Source: Candidatus Eiseniibacteriota bacterium
GTDB taxonomy: Bacteria; Eisenbacteria; RBG-16-71-46; SZUA-252
Assembly: GCA_036507115.1 (NCBI GenBank)
Contig: DASXQO010000116.1
Location: 1-62,552, forward strand
Length of the DNA stretch: 62,552 nt
Direction: 5' to 3'
Both the position numbers and the translations under genes were made by a program. The notes under the pieces are model-generated. The model had not been told where the DNA came from and searched no databases. It saw nothing but the letters and a program-made list of their open reading frames with translations. This document shows positions 27,867-36,919 of this stretch, piece by piece. Positions within the stretch are counted from its first letter, which is position 1; every line of letters starts with the position of its first letter.

Positions 27867-28469
27867 CTACTGCTGTGTTCCCCCGGGAGGATTCGGCGGA
27901 GCCGCGCTCGTCGGCGTCGGCAATCCGCTCGAGTCTTCCTTCCTCAACGAATCGAGCACGCGGTCCGTGAGATCGAGCGTCCTGTCGCCGAAGATGATGT
28001 TCCCGTCGGCCGCGTCCAGGATGATCGAATAGCCCCCGTCCGTTCCGATCGTCGTCACGATCTTGTGTACGCGATCGACGATCGGTTTCAGGAACTGCTC
28101 GTTCAATTTGGACACGGAGCCCTGGGGACCCCAGTTTTTCTGAACGAAGGCATCGTAATCGGCGATCTTCTTCTGGAGTACCTGATTCTGCTCGTCCCGC
28201 TTGGCCTCGCTCAGCATCGGCCCCTGCGCGTCGAGCTTCCTCTGGAGATCGTCGATTTCGGTCTTCTTTTCTTTCGCGGTCTTGGAGAGCTCCAGGACTT
28301 CCCGGTTGAAGGACTTCTGGGCCTCCTGCGTGCCGGCATACTCGGCAAAGATCCGCTCGGAGTCAATGAAGCCGATTTTGAGGTCGGCCGCGCCCGTAGC
28401 GCCCGGAACGGCCAGGCAGAGCACCGCGAGGGCCCAGACTACCGTACGCTGCGACCTAAGTCGAGCCAT
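27867..28469 (-). CDS. skp: OmpH/Skp periplasmic chaperone
   Basis: 200 aa. A signal peptide (LAVLCLAVPGATGA) is followed by a Lys/Glu/Gln-rich coiled-coil region (KIGFIDSERIFAEY...QKKIADYDAF). It lies between bamA and lpxD, as in many diderms. Confidence 0.85.
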   Translation of the reverse strand: MARLRSQRTVVWALAVLCLAVPGATGAADLKIGFIDSERIFAEYAGTQEAQKSFNREVLELSKTAKEKKTEIDDLQRKLDAQGPMLSEAKRDEQNQVLQKKIADYDAFVQKNWGPQGSVSKLNEQFLKPIVDRVHKIVTTIGTDGGYSIILDAADGNIIFGDRTLDLTDRVLDSLRKEDSSGLPTPTSAAPPNPPGGTQQ

Positions 28470-28485
28470 ATGCTAATCCCTTCTG

Positions 28486-30870
28486 CTAGAATACGTTACC
28501 CAGCTGAAAGTGGGGTTCCCAGCGGGACCCGTCCTCCCGATCCAGACCATACCCCAAATCGAACCCGATCCGCCCTAACGCAGGCACCTCCAGCCGTACC
28601 CCAAACCCGATGGATTTCCTAAGATCACCAAGGTCCAAATCCCGGGTCGAGTTCCAGGTATTCCCCGACTCGAAGAAGATCAGCCCGTGGAGGGGATCGG
28701 CGATCGGGAATTGGAGCTCGCTGGTCAGGATGAGCATGGTCTTGCCGCCGGGGTAACGGTCCAGAATCGCGCCCGTTAGGGAGTCCCGGGCGATGTTCGC
28801 GCGGGGCACGACGTAATAGTCGGGGTAGCCGCGGAGGTAATCCGCAGTCGTTCCACCCAGCCGGAAGCGCTCGTAATCCGGGACCTGCCCCCCGCCCAGG
28901 AACCCGGTTTTGCCGCGCACCATGAGCACGAAGGGACCGGTCAGGCGGGTGTAGGTCTTGTTCTCGAACGTCTCCTTATAGAAGGATTCGACGCCCCCCA
29001 GAAGACCACCCGCGACCTCATTCATCCACAAGATCTTCGATCCCCGCGAAGGATAGAAGGGATTGTCGGTGCTGTTGCGGTTGAACGTCAGGGTCACGCT
29101 GCTCACGCGCCGCGGCCAGCTCGTCGTCCGGAGCGTCTGTAGATTGGTCGGCTCCCCGGGCCGAGGGGGAACGAAATCGCTGAGCGACACGTCGCGCAGG
29201 TCGTAGGAGATGATCCCGCGCGTGTAGTCCGGCCACCGGAGGGGACGCCCGAGGCGGAGTCCGCCGCCCACGTCCTTGCGGTCGTAGAAGTCCAGGTCGC
29301 GCCGCGTGTTGAAGACGTCGAATCCGATGCTGAGCCGCGTGTCCCGGAACCAGGGCTCCGTGAAGCTGAGCTGGAGATCGCTTCGCTTTCCGCCGCGCTC
29401 GAGCCGGATGTTCACGCTCTGCCCGTTGCCGAAGAGATTGTTGTGGCCCAGCTCGACGAATCCGGTGAGCCCCGACTGGCTGGAATACCCCGCGCCGGCG
29501 CTGGCCGTGCCGGTCTGCTTCTCCTGCACTTTGAGCGTCAGATTGATGTCGGCGCTGTCGCCCGTGGGTTCGTAGTCGACGTTCACGTCCTGGAAGAAGC
29601 CGAGCCCGAAGATGTCCCGCTGGGTGCGCATCAGGGTCGAGCGCCGGAAGGTGTCGCCGGGAAAAACGCTCGCCTCGCGACGGATGACGTTTTCCTTGGT
29701 CCGCGTGTTCCCGGTGATTTCCAGATTCGCGATCCGGGAGCGCGTGCCCTCCTGGATCTGGAAGGTCACGTCCACGATCGAATCGCGGTCGGTCATCTTC
29801 GGCTCGATGGAGAGAAAGAGATATCCCTGCTCCTGGTACAGCGTGTACGCGTTCTCCAGGGTCTTCTGGATCTGCGCCTCGTTGTACGTCGTGCCCGGCT
29901 TCGGAACGGTCGCGAGCGCGAGCGCCGAAGTGGGGACGGCGGTATTGCCGCTCCACGTGAGCTCGCCGAACCGGTAGCGGGGACCCTCGCGCATGAAGAC
30001 GTGGAGGATGACTCCCTTTCCGTCCGGCGTTTTGACCGGCGCGATGGAGTCCACATCCGCGTCCTTGTACCCGCGGGTCCGCATGTAGAGCCTGAGCTTC
30101 GTCTCGTCCTTCTCGACGTTCTCCGGTTTGTGGACTCCGCTCCGGAGAAAGCCGGGCTTCTTGCTCTCCATCGCCTTCGCGAGGTCCTCAGTCTTCAAGG
30201 TCTGATTCCCGTGGACGACCACGCCGCGGACCTTGACCTTCGCCCCTTCCTGCACGTCGAAGACGACCCGTGCGGCTCCCGCACCCATGGGCTCCGTCCG
30301 GGGCACGGCCTTCGCGTGGGCATAGCCCTCCTGACCGTAGGCCGCCTCGATCTTCCGCGCGTCCAATTCGAGCGTCCCGGTGTCGAGGAGCTGCCCTTCG
30401 GCCACGGTCAGCTTTCCCTTGAGCGTCGAGGCCTCGATCTTCTTCGCGCCGCGGAAGGTGATCTCCTTGACGCGCGGCCGCTCGGAAACGTGGATCGTGA
30501 GCGCGACGCCTCCCGGCACGCGCGCGTCGCTCACGGTGACATCGGTGAAGAGTCCCGTGGCGAAGAGCCGCCGGACGCCGTTCCGGACCTCTTTCGGATC
30601 GTGGGGCTGTCCCGGGGCGATCCCGAACGTGCGCACCACGACCAGGGAATCGACGTTCACGAATCCGGTGGCGGAGACGCTTCGGATGATCGGGGCCGGA
30701 CCGGCGAGGGTGTCGCCCGGCGCCGCGAGCGTGTCGGGATCCAGGGCGGTGGCGGGTGGGGCCGAGGGAATGGCGGGAGCCTGCGCTTCCGCTCGCGGCG
30801 CTGCGCCGAGCAGGAACACGGCGGCGAGGAGCGCGAGGCTCCTTCCGGAACGGTTCGTGAGATGCCTCAA
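28486..30870 (-). CDS. bamA: Outer-membrane protein assembly factor BamA
   Basis: 794 aa. A signal peptide is followed by POTRA-like repeats (for example I..V...G) and a C-terminal Omp85 barrel (GYSSQSGLTGFVELGHNNLFG...; terminal ...FQLGNVF). The TTG start at 30870 overlaps the clpC stop (TTGA). Confidence 0.9.
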   Translation of the reverse strand: MRHLTNRSGRSLALLAAVFLLGAAPRAEAQAPAIPSAPPATALDPDTLAAPGDTLAGPAPIIRSVSATGFVNVDSLVVVRTFGIAPGQPHDPKEVRNGVRRLFATGLFTDVTVSDARVPGGVALTIHVSERPRVKEITFRGAKKIEASTLKGKLTVAEGQLLDTGTLELDARKIEAAYGQEGYAHAKAVPRTEPMGAGAARVVFDVQEGAKVKVRGVVVHGNQTLKTEDLAKAMESKKPGFLRSGVHKPENVEKDETKLRLYMRTRGYKDADVDSIAPVKTPDGKGVILHVFMREGPRYRFGELTWSGNTAVPTSALALATVPKPGTTYNEAQIQKTLENAYTLYQEQGYLFLSIEPKMTDRDSIVDVTFQIQEGTRSRIANLEITGNTRTKENVIRREASVFPGDTFRRSTLMRTQRDIFGLGFFQDVNVDYEPTGDSADINLTLKVQEKQTGTASAGAGYSSQSGLTGFVELGHNNLFGNGQSVNIRLERGGKRSDLQLSFTEPWFRDTRLSIGFDVFNTRRDLDFYDRKDVGGGLRLGRPLRWPDYTRGIISYDLRDVSLSDFVPPRPGEPTNLQTLRTTSWPRRVSSVTLTFNRNSTDNPFYPSRGSKILWMNEVAGGLLGGVESFYKETFENKTYTRLTGPFVLMVRGKTGFLGGGQVPDYERFRLGGTTADYLRGYPDYYVVPRANIARDSLTGAILDRYPGGKTMLILTSELQFPIADPLHGLIFFESGNTWNSTRDLDLGDLRKSIGFGVRLEVPALGRIGFDLGYGLDREDGSRWEPHFQLGNVF

Positions 30871-33284
30871 GAGGCGAAGATCAGTTCGTCACCCCGGCGG
30901 GAAACCATGACATCGCTGCCCTCCTTCAACTGGCCGCGGAGGACATGCTCCGACAACGGGTCCTCGATCAGCTTCTGGATGCTCCGCTTCAACGGGCGCG
31001 CCCCCAGCGATTCGTCGAATCCCTTCTGGATGAGCAGATCCACGACCTCGTCCTCGAAGTTCAGCGTGATCCCATTCCCCTTCATCCGGTCCGCGACCTG
31101 GTGGAGCAGGATCTTGGTGATCGATCCCATCTGCGGGCGGTCGAGCGGATGGAACACGATCATCTCGTCGATGCGGTTCAGGAACTCCGGATTGAACACC
31201 CGTTTCACCTCGTCCATGATCGCGTTCTTCATGGTCGCGTAATTCGATCCGCCCTCCCGGTCTGTGAACCCCAGGCCCCTGCCGCCCTTGATCTGCCGCG
31301 CGCCCAGGTTCGACGTCATGATGAGGACCGTGTTCTTGAAGTCCACCTTCCGGCGTAAGCTGTCGGTGAGCTGCCCGTCGTCCAGTACTTGCAAGAGGAT
31401 ATTGAAGACGTCGGGGTGCGCCTTCTCGATCTCGTCCAACAGAACGACCGAGTAGGGCTTCCGCCGCACCTTCTCGGTGAGCTGCCCGCCTTCCTCATGT
31501 CCGACGTACCCCGGAGGGGCGCCGATGAGCCGTGAAACCGAGAATTTTTCCATATATTCCGACATGTCGATGCGGATCAACGCGTCGGGATCGTCGAACA
31601 GGAACCGCGCGAGGACGCGCGCCAGCTCGGTCTTGCCGACCCCCGTCGGTCCCAGGAAGATGAAGGACCCGATCGGCCGGCGCGGGTCGCGCAGCCCGGC
31701 GCGGTTGCGGCGGATGGCACGGGAGACCGCGGCCACCGCCTCCTCCTGGCCCACGATCGACTTCCGGAGCTCCTCCTCCATCCGGAGCAGTTTCTCCGAT
31801 TCCTTCTCCTCGAGCCTCGCGATCGGGATTCCCGTCATGCGGGAAATCACCTTCGCGATCAGATCGACGTCGACGAGCGCTTCCTTCTCGTGCTTGATCT
31901 CGGTCCAGGTCTTCTTGTGCTCGCGCAGCTTCGCACGAAGGTCCTTCTCCTTGTCGCGGAAACGCGCCGCCTTCTCGAACTCCTGCTGCTGGATGGCGGC
32001 CTCCTTCTCCTTCGCCACCTCCTCGACCTGCTTCTCCAGCTCGCGGACCTCGGTCGGAATGGCCGAGATGCTGAGCCGCGCGGAAGCCCCCGCCTCGTCG
32101 ATCACGTCGATCGCCTTGTCGGGCAGGAAACGGTCGTTGATGTAGCGGTCGGCGAGCTTCACGGCGGCGACGATCGAGTCGTCCGAATATTTGGCTCCGT
32201 GGTGGGCCTCGTACTTGTCGCGCAGCCCGCGGATGATCTGGATGGTCTGATCCACCGAGGGCGGATCCACCATGATCGGCTGGAACCGCCGCTCCAGGGC
32301 GCCGTCCTTCTCGATGTACTTCCGGAATTCGTCGAGCGTGGTCGCGCCGATGCACTGCAGCTCGCCCCGCGCCAGGGCCGGCTTCAGCATGTTGGAGGCG
32401 TCGATCGCCCCCTCCGCGCCGCCCGCGCCGACGATCGTGTGCAGCTCGTCGATGAAGATGATGGTGTCCTTGGATTCGCGGATCTCGTTCATCACCGCCT
32501 TCAGCCGTTCCTCGAACTGCCCGCGATACTTGGTTCCGGCCACGACGGCAGCGAGATCCAGCGTCACGATCCGCTTGTCCTTGAGCGTCTCCGGAACCTT
32601 GTTCTCGACGATGCGTTCGGCGAGCCCTTCGGCGATGGCGGTCTTGCCCACGCCCGGCTCCCCGATGAGAATCGGGTTGTTCTTCTTGCGCCGCGAGAGG
32701 ACCTGGATGACGCGGTCGATCTCGAGCTCGCGCCCGATGATGGGATCCAGCTTGTCTTCCCGGGCCAGCAACGTGAGGTCGCGGCCGAACTGGTTCAGCG
32801 CGGGCGTCTCGACCTTGCCCTCGCGCTCCGGTTGCGACACGGACGGCGTCCCCCCCAGCAGTTTCAGCGTCTCCTCGCGGACCTTCTTGCGGTCCACGCC
32901 GAGCTCGAGCAGGACCCGCGCGGCGACGCCTTCCCCTTCGCGGATGAGCCCCAGCAGGAGGTGCTCGGTGCCGACGTAGTTGTGCCCGAGCTGGCGCGCC
33001 TCGTCCACGCTCAATTCCAATACCCGCTTCGCGCGCGGCGTGAAGGGAATCTCCCCGATCGTGAGCGTTCCGCCCGTCGAGGAGACCATGCTCTCGACCG
33101 CCTGTCGTATCGCGTCGAGGTCCAATCCCAAATTGTTCAACACCGTTGCCGCGATGCCCTCCCCCTCGCGGATGACGCCGAGGAGCAGGTGCTCGGTGCC
33201 GATGTAGTCGTGCTGGAGCCGCGCGGCTTCCTCGCGCGCGAGATACATCACCTTCCGCACGCGTTCCGTAAACTTGTCATGCAT
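30867..33284 (-). CDS. clpC: ATP-dependent Clp protease ATP-binding subunit ClpC
   Basis: 805 aa. It has a double Clp_N repeat ([20 protein letters not shown] / [20 protein letters not shown]) and two AAA+ modules with Walker A GEPGVGKT and [12 protein letters not shown]-like linker ([12 protein letters not shown]) is present. Confidence 0.9.
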   Translation of the reverse strand: MHDKFTERVRKVMYLAREEAARLQHDYIGTEHLLLGVIREGEGIAATVLNNLGLDLDAIRQAVESMVSSTGGTLTIGEIPFTPRAKRVLELSVDEARQLGHNYVGTEHLLLGLIREGEGVAARVLLELGVDRKKVREETLKLLGGTPSVSQPEREGKVETPALNQFGRDLTLLAREDKLDPIIGRELEIDRVIQVLSRRKKNNPILIGEPGVGKTAIAEGLAERIVENKVPETLKDKRIVTLDLAAVVAGTKYRGQFEERLKAVMNEIRESKDTIIFIDELHTIVGAGGAEGAIDASNMLKPALARGELQCIGATTLDEFRKYIEKDGALERRFQPIMVDPPSVDQTIQIIRGLRDKYEAHHGAKYSDDSIVAAVKLADRYINDRFLPDKAIDVIDEAGASARLSISAIPTEVRELEKQVEEVAKEKEAAIQQQEFEKAARFRDKEKDLRAKLREHKKTWTEIKHEKEALVDVDLIAKVISRMTGIPIARLEEKESEKLLRMEEELRKSIVGQEEAVAAVSRAIRRNRAGLRDPRRPIGSFIFLGPTGVGKTELARVLARFLFDDPDALIRIDMSEYMEKFSVSRLIGAPPGYVGHEEGGQLTEKVRRKPYSVVLLDEIEKAHPDVFNILLQVLDDGQLTDSLRRKVDFKNTVLIMTSNLGARQIKGGRGLGFTDREGGSNYATMKNAIMDEVKRVFNPEFLNRIDEMIVFHPLDRPQMGSITKILLHQVADRMKGNGITLNFEDEVVDLLIQKGFDESLGARPLKRSIQKLIEDPLSEHVLRGQLKEGSDVMVSRRGDELIFAS

Positions 33285-33309
33285 GGCTCAGGACCTCCCG
33301 ACAGATCGG

Positions 33310-34386
33310 CTAATTGCTGGTAATCGGAACAGAGCCTCCCTCACCGAGGAGCCTCCGTATGTATTCCGCTCTCATGATATTGCGTTCGCGCTGCTCGAGC
33401 TCGCGCCCCGCCTTGATCTGCAGATGCGCCGGCTGGGACCGGACCAGAAGCTCGTTGAGCGTCTGCACGCTGGCGAGCCCCTCGATCCGCAGCGCCACCC
33501 CGAAGCGCACGGCCGAGGACAGATTGACCACTTCCTGCGAGGAGATCACGCGGCTGTGCCGCAGCGTCCCGTACGCGCGCCAGATCTTATCCTCGATCTG
33601 GACCCTCGCGTCCTTCAACAGCTCGTCGCGCGCCCGCTGCTCGGATTCGATGATCTGCTTCGTGACGCGCTCCAGGCTGTCGATCGTTTCCCGCTCGTTC
33701 TGCCCCAGCGTCGTCTGGTTCGAGATCTGGAAGAAGTTTCCCATGATCTGGGACCCTTCCCCGTAGAACCCCCGCACCGCGAGACCGACCTGGGTGATCC
33801 CCTGGAGCACGCGCCCGATCTGCTTCGTGAGCACGAGCGACGGCAGGTGGATGAGCACCGAGGCCCTCATCCCCGTGCCGACGTTCGTCGGGCACGCGGT
33901 CAGATATCCCAGTTCGTCGCTGAAAGCATAGTCCAGGTCTTGCGCCAATTCATCATCGATGGCATTCACCGCCTCCCACGCGGAGCGGAGCTGGAAGCCC
34001 GAGGCCAGCGCCTGCAGCCTCAGATGATCCTCTTCGTTCACCATCGCCGAAATGCTCTCATCCGGAAGGACGAGAAGCCCGCGCAGCTTGCCGTTGTCCG
34101 CCAGATCGTTGCTGATGAGGTGGCGCTCCACGAGAAACTGGCGGTCCAGCGGGGTCAGCTCGCGCATCTCGAGCGCGAGCGACTGCGTGAGCGCCGGCGT
34201 CTTGCGCACCGCGGAAAGAACGCTCGAGTAGACCATGACGAGCTGCTCTTCGCGCGCGCGGTGGGTGAACGGCACGCCCGAAAGGTTCCGGGCCAGGCGG
34301 ACGCGCGTGCTCAGGACTACGTCCGAAGAGGGTCCCGATCCGTCCAGCCAGCGCCCGAGCGAGGTGGAAAGGCCCGTGAGCTTCAC
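33310..34386 (-). CDS. mcsB: Protein arginine kinase McsB
   Basis: This is a phosphagen-kinase-like catalytic domain. Matching segments are STRVRLARNL..VPF, NEEDHLRLQ, GYLTACPTNVGTGMRASV and SNQTTLG. The GTG start at 34386 overlaps the mcsA stop (GTGA). Confidence 0.85.
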   Translation of the reverse strand: MKLTGLSTSLGRWLDGSGPSSDVVLSTRVRLARNLSGVPFTHRAREEQLVMVYSSVLSAVRKTPALTQSLALEMRELTPLDRQFLVERHLISNDLADNGKLRGLLVLPDESISAMVNEEDHLRLQALASGFQLRSAWEAVNAIDDELAQDLDYAFSDELGYLTACPTNVGTGMRASVLIHLPSLVLTKQIGRVLQGITQVGLAVRGFYGEGSQIMGNFFQISNQTTLGQNERETIDSLERVTKQIIESEQRARDELLKDARVQIEDKIWRAYGTLRHSRVISSQEVVNLSSAVRFGVALRIEGLASVQTLNELLVRSQPAHLQIKAGRELEQRERNIMRAEYIRRLLGEGGSVPITSN

Positions 34387-34910
34387 GCAGTGCTCCCTCC
34401 GACCGTCCGGACGTCGTTCGATTCCAGCTTCTTGATGCGGTCCCTCAGATCCGCGGCCGATTCGAAGTCCTCGCGCTCGATCGCCTTCTGAAGCTCTTCG
34501 TGGAGCCTCTGCACTTCCCGCCTCAGGGCCACGCGCGCGGCATCGCGCACGGGGGCTTTCCCCACGTGCTTGGTGCTGCCGTGCACCCGGCGCAGAAGCG
34601 GACGGAGCTGGGAGCGGAAGGTCGGATAGCAGTCCGAGCAGCCGAGACGGCCGGTCTCCTTGAAGTTGGAGTACACCAGGCCGCACTTGGGGCACTGGAC
34701 CCGGCCCACGCGGGCTTCTTCCGCCGAGCCGGGCTGTTCGACCATGCCGGCCAGGAGATCCCCCACCGAGAACTTCGTCTTCACGAGGGGCACGTGATAG
34801 CCCTTCTCCTCCGCGCACTTCTCGCAGACGTGGTACTCCGATTTCTTGTTGTTGACGATCTCGGTGAAGTGGACGACCGCCGGTCGCTTACCGCAAATTT
34901 GACACTGCAT
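34383..34910 (-). CDS. mcsA: McsA, activator of protein arginine kinase (zinc-finger/UVR protein)
   Basis: 175 aa. Zinc-finger motifs are MQCQICGKRPAVVHFTEIVNNKKSEYHVCEKCA and a second pair, CPKCG...CSDCY. The C-terminal UVR motif is EREDFESAADLRDRIKKLE. Confidence 0.8.
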   Translation of the reverse strand: MQCQICGKRPAVVHFTEIVNNKKSEYHVCEKCAEEKGYHVPLVKTKFSVGDLLAGMVEQPGSAEEARVGRVQCPKCGLVYSNFKETGRLGCSDCYPTFRSQLRPLLRRVHGSTKHVGKAPVRDAARVALRREVQRLHEELQKAIEREDFESAADLRDRIKKLESNDVRTVGGSTA

Positions 34911-34949
34911 GTACGTTCCTTCCGGGAAGGCCTTCGTGACCCCGTCTAA

Positions 34950-35663
34950 TTAGATGCGACCCGCCTCAATTCTAATCGGCCTCAGATAGCCATCCTCGAG
35001 GGCAACCACCCGGCCGGCCGATTGCGCGACATCCGGATTATGTGTCGCAATTACAATGGCTTGCCGTTCCAGGGAGCGATACCGCTCGAAGATTTCCAAC
35101 AGACTCGCCGAGGCCCGCCGGTCCAAATTGCCCGTCGGCTCGTCCGCCAGAAGGACTGCCGGCTTCATATGCAAGGCGCGAGCCACCGCCACCCGCTGCT
35201 GCTCCCCCCCGGAAAGCTCGCCCGGCTTGTGCTCCGCCCGGTCCATCAGCCCAAGATCTCGTAAGAGGCTCTCCGCCCGCTCCCGCACCGTGGCGCGCGA
35301 AGCTCCCGCCACCCAGCCCGGCATCATCACATTTTCCAGGGCTGTGAACTCGGGCAAAAGCTGATGGAATTGGAAGACGAAACCGACCGATCGGGCGCGC
35401 AGCCGCGAGCGTCCCGCCTCATCGAGAGCCGCAAGGTCCTCGCCGCCCACGCACACGAATCCAGATGTCGGCCGGTCGAGCCCGCCGAGCAGATGCAGGA
35501 GCGTGGATTTCCCGGACCCGGACGCCCCCACGACCGCCACGACCTCTCCGGGCTCGACCGAAAGGTCAACATCACGTAAGACTTCGATCGGCAGCGCGCC
35601 GTGGTACGTCTTGGCCAGCCCCCTGGCAAGCACCGCCGGTGGAGGGGCTGCGGCCTCATTCAT
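34950..35663 (-). CDS. lolD: Lipoprotein-releasing system ATP-binding protein LolD-like ABC ATPase
   Basis: Walker A GASGSGKST, signature LSGGEQQRVAVARAL, Walker B LLADEPTGNLD. It lies downstream of a LolC/E-type permease. I prefer the start MNEAAA (ATG 35663); the track start is 35687. Confidence 0.8.
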   Translation of the reverse strand: MNEAAAPPPAVLARGLAKTYHGALPIEVLRDVDLSVEPGEVVAVVGASGSGKSTLLHLLGGLDRPTSGFVCVGGEDLAALDEAGRSRLRARSVGFVFQFHQLLPEFTALENVMMPGWVAGASRATVRERAESLLRDLGLMDRAEHKPGELSGGEQQRVAVARALHMKPAVLLADEPTGNLDRRASASLLEIFERYRSLERQAIVIATHNPDVAQSAGRVVALEDGYLRPIRIEAGRI

Positions 35664-36879
35664 ACCGGATGGACTCCACCGGAGCAAGCCTCGCGGCCCG
35701 CCAGGCCGGATAGAGACTCGCGACGAAACAGAGCGCGGTGGCCGCCAGAGCGACCAGCGCGAAGTCGGTCCATTCGATTTTGACGGGTAACGTGTCGATG
35801 AAATAGATCTCGCCCGGCAGGTGGAGGAGCTTGTACCGGCCCAGGACGTAGGAGACGGCCCATCCCGTAGCGAGACCGAGCGCCGTGCCCGCGAGCCCGA
35901 CCAGGGTCCCTTGCAGGAGGAAGATCCTCATGATCCCTTGGGGGGTGACTCCCATCGTCCGTAGAACCCCGATGTCCCGGCGCTTCTCCAGGACGAGCAT
36001 CACGAGGCTCGAGACGATGTTCACCGTCGCAACCAGCACGATCAGGATCAGGATCGTGAACATGACGGCCTTCTCGATTTTCATCCAGGCGAAGAGATTC
36101 CGGTTCAGATCGATCCAGTTCGTCACTCGGTACGCCGAGCCCAGCTTCGCCTCCACGTCGCGCGCGATCTCGCGCGCGCGGAACATGTCGGGGATCCGCA
36201 GCTGGTAGCCCGTGACGTCACGGCCCAGGGCGAAAAAGTCGGCGGCCGTTTCCAGCCGCACGATCCCGAAGGAGGAGTCGTACTCGTAGAGGCCGCTGCG
36301 GAAGATCGAGCTGACGCGGAGGCGTTTCATCCGCGGAACGCCTCCGAACAGCCCCCCCGGCTCCTCCCCCGGCAGACTGATCAGGATCACGTCCCCGACC
36401 GAAACGCGGAGCCGCACCGCGAGCTCCTCCCCGAGACCGATCCCCGGAAGGTCGCCGCCGTCCAGCGGCGCGCTCGCGGGCAGGAGGTGCGACAGGATGT
36501 CGGTGACCCGCGACTCCGAGGCTGGGTCCACTCCCTTCAGCACCATCCCGTCCACGCTGCTGCGCGATGCCACCATCACCTTGCCGTAGACGAACGGCGC
36601 GACCTCGGCCCCGGGGGCGGAGGCGGCGAGGAGCGAGGTGAGCGAATCGGAGCGGCTCACCGGGCGATCGTCCGCGGAGAGCACCGCGATGTGGGCGTTC
36701 GTCCCCGCGATCCTCCGTTGCACCTGGTCCTCGAAGCCGTTCATCACCGAGAGGACGATCGTGAGGGCGGCGACCCCCACGAAGACCCCGCCCGAGGCGA
36801 GAAGGCTGACGAGCGTGATGAAGCTGAGCCGGCGCTTGGAGCGCAGGTAGCGCGAGGCGATGATCCAGACGAATCCCAT
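35656..36879 (-). CDS. lolE: LolC/LolE-family lipoprotein-releasing system permease
   Basis: 407 aa. The N-terminus IASRYLRSKRRLSFIT is followed by TM1, a large periplasmic domain and a C-terminal FtsX-like 3-TM bundle. Confidence 0.8.
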   Translation of the reverse strand: MGFVWIIASRYLRSKRRLSFITLVSLLASGGVFVGVAALTIVLSVMNGFEDQVQRRIAGTNAHIAVLSADDRPVSRSDSLTSLLAASAPGAEVAPFVYGKVMVASRSSVDGMVLKGVDPASESRVTDILSHLLPASAPLDGGDLPGIGLGEELAVRLRVSVGDVILISLPGEEPGGLFGGVPRMKRLRVSSIFRSGLYEYDSSFGIVRLETAADFFALGRDVTGYQLRIPDMFRAREIARDVEAKLGSAYRVTNWIDLNRNLFAWMKIEKAVMFTILILIVLVATVNIVSSLVMLVLEKRRDIGVLRTMGVTPQGIMRIFLLQGTLVGLAGTALGLATGWAVSYVLGRYKLLHLPGEIYFIDTLPVKIEWTDFALVALAATALCFVASLYPAWRAARLAPVESIRYE

Positions 36880-36890
36880 GGAGGTTCGGC

Positions 36891-36918
36891 GAGGCGCTCA
36901 GCCCCGCGCGAGCGCCTC
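36891..36918 (-). other. Perfect 9-bp inverted repeat hairpin between the lysS stop and lolE start
   Basis: The arms are gaggcgctc (36891..36899) and gagcgcctc (36910..36918), with a 10-nt loop. No U-tract follows, so it is not a classical terminator. It may be an mRNA processing or stability element. Confidence 0.4.
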
Positions 36919-36919
36919 T

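Noticed and set aside
34911-34949. CtsR operator upstream of mcsA.
   Set aside because: No GGTCAAA-type direct repeat is present in the 39-nt spacer or in the end of lolD. No ctsR-like gene is in the window.
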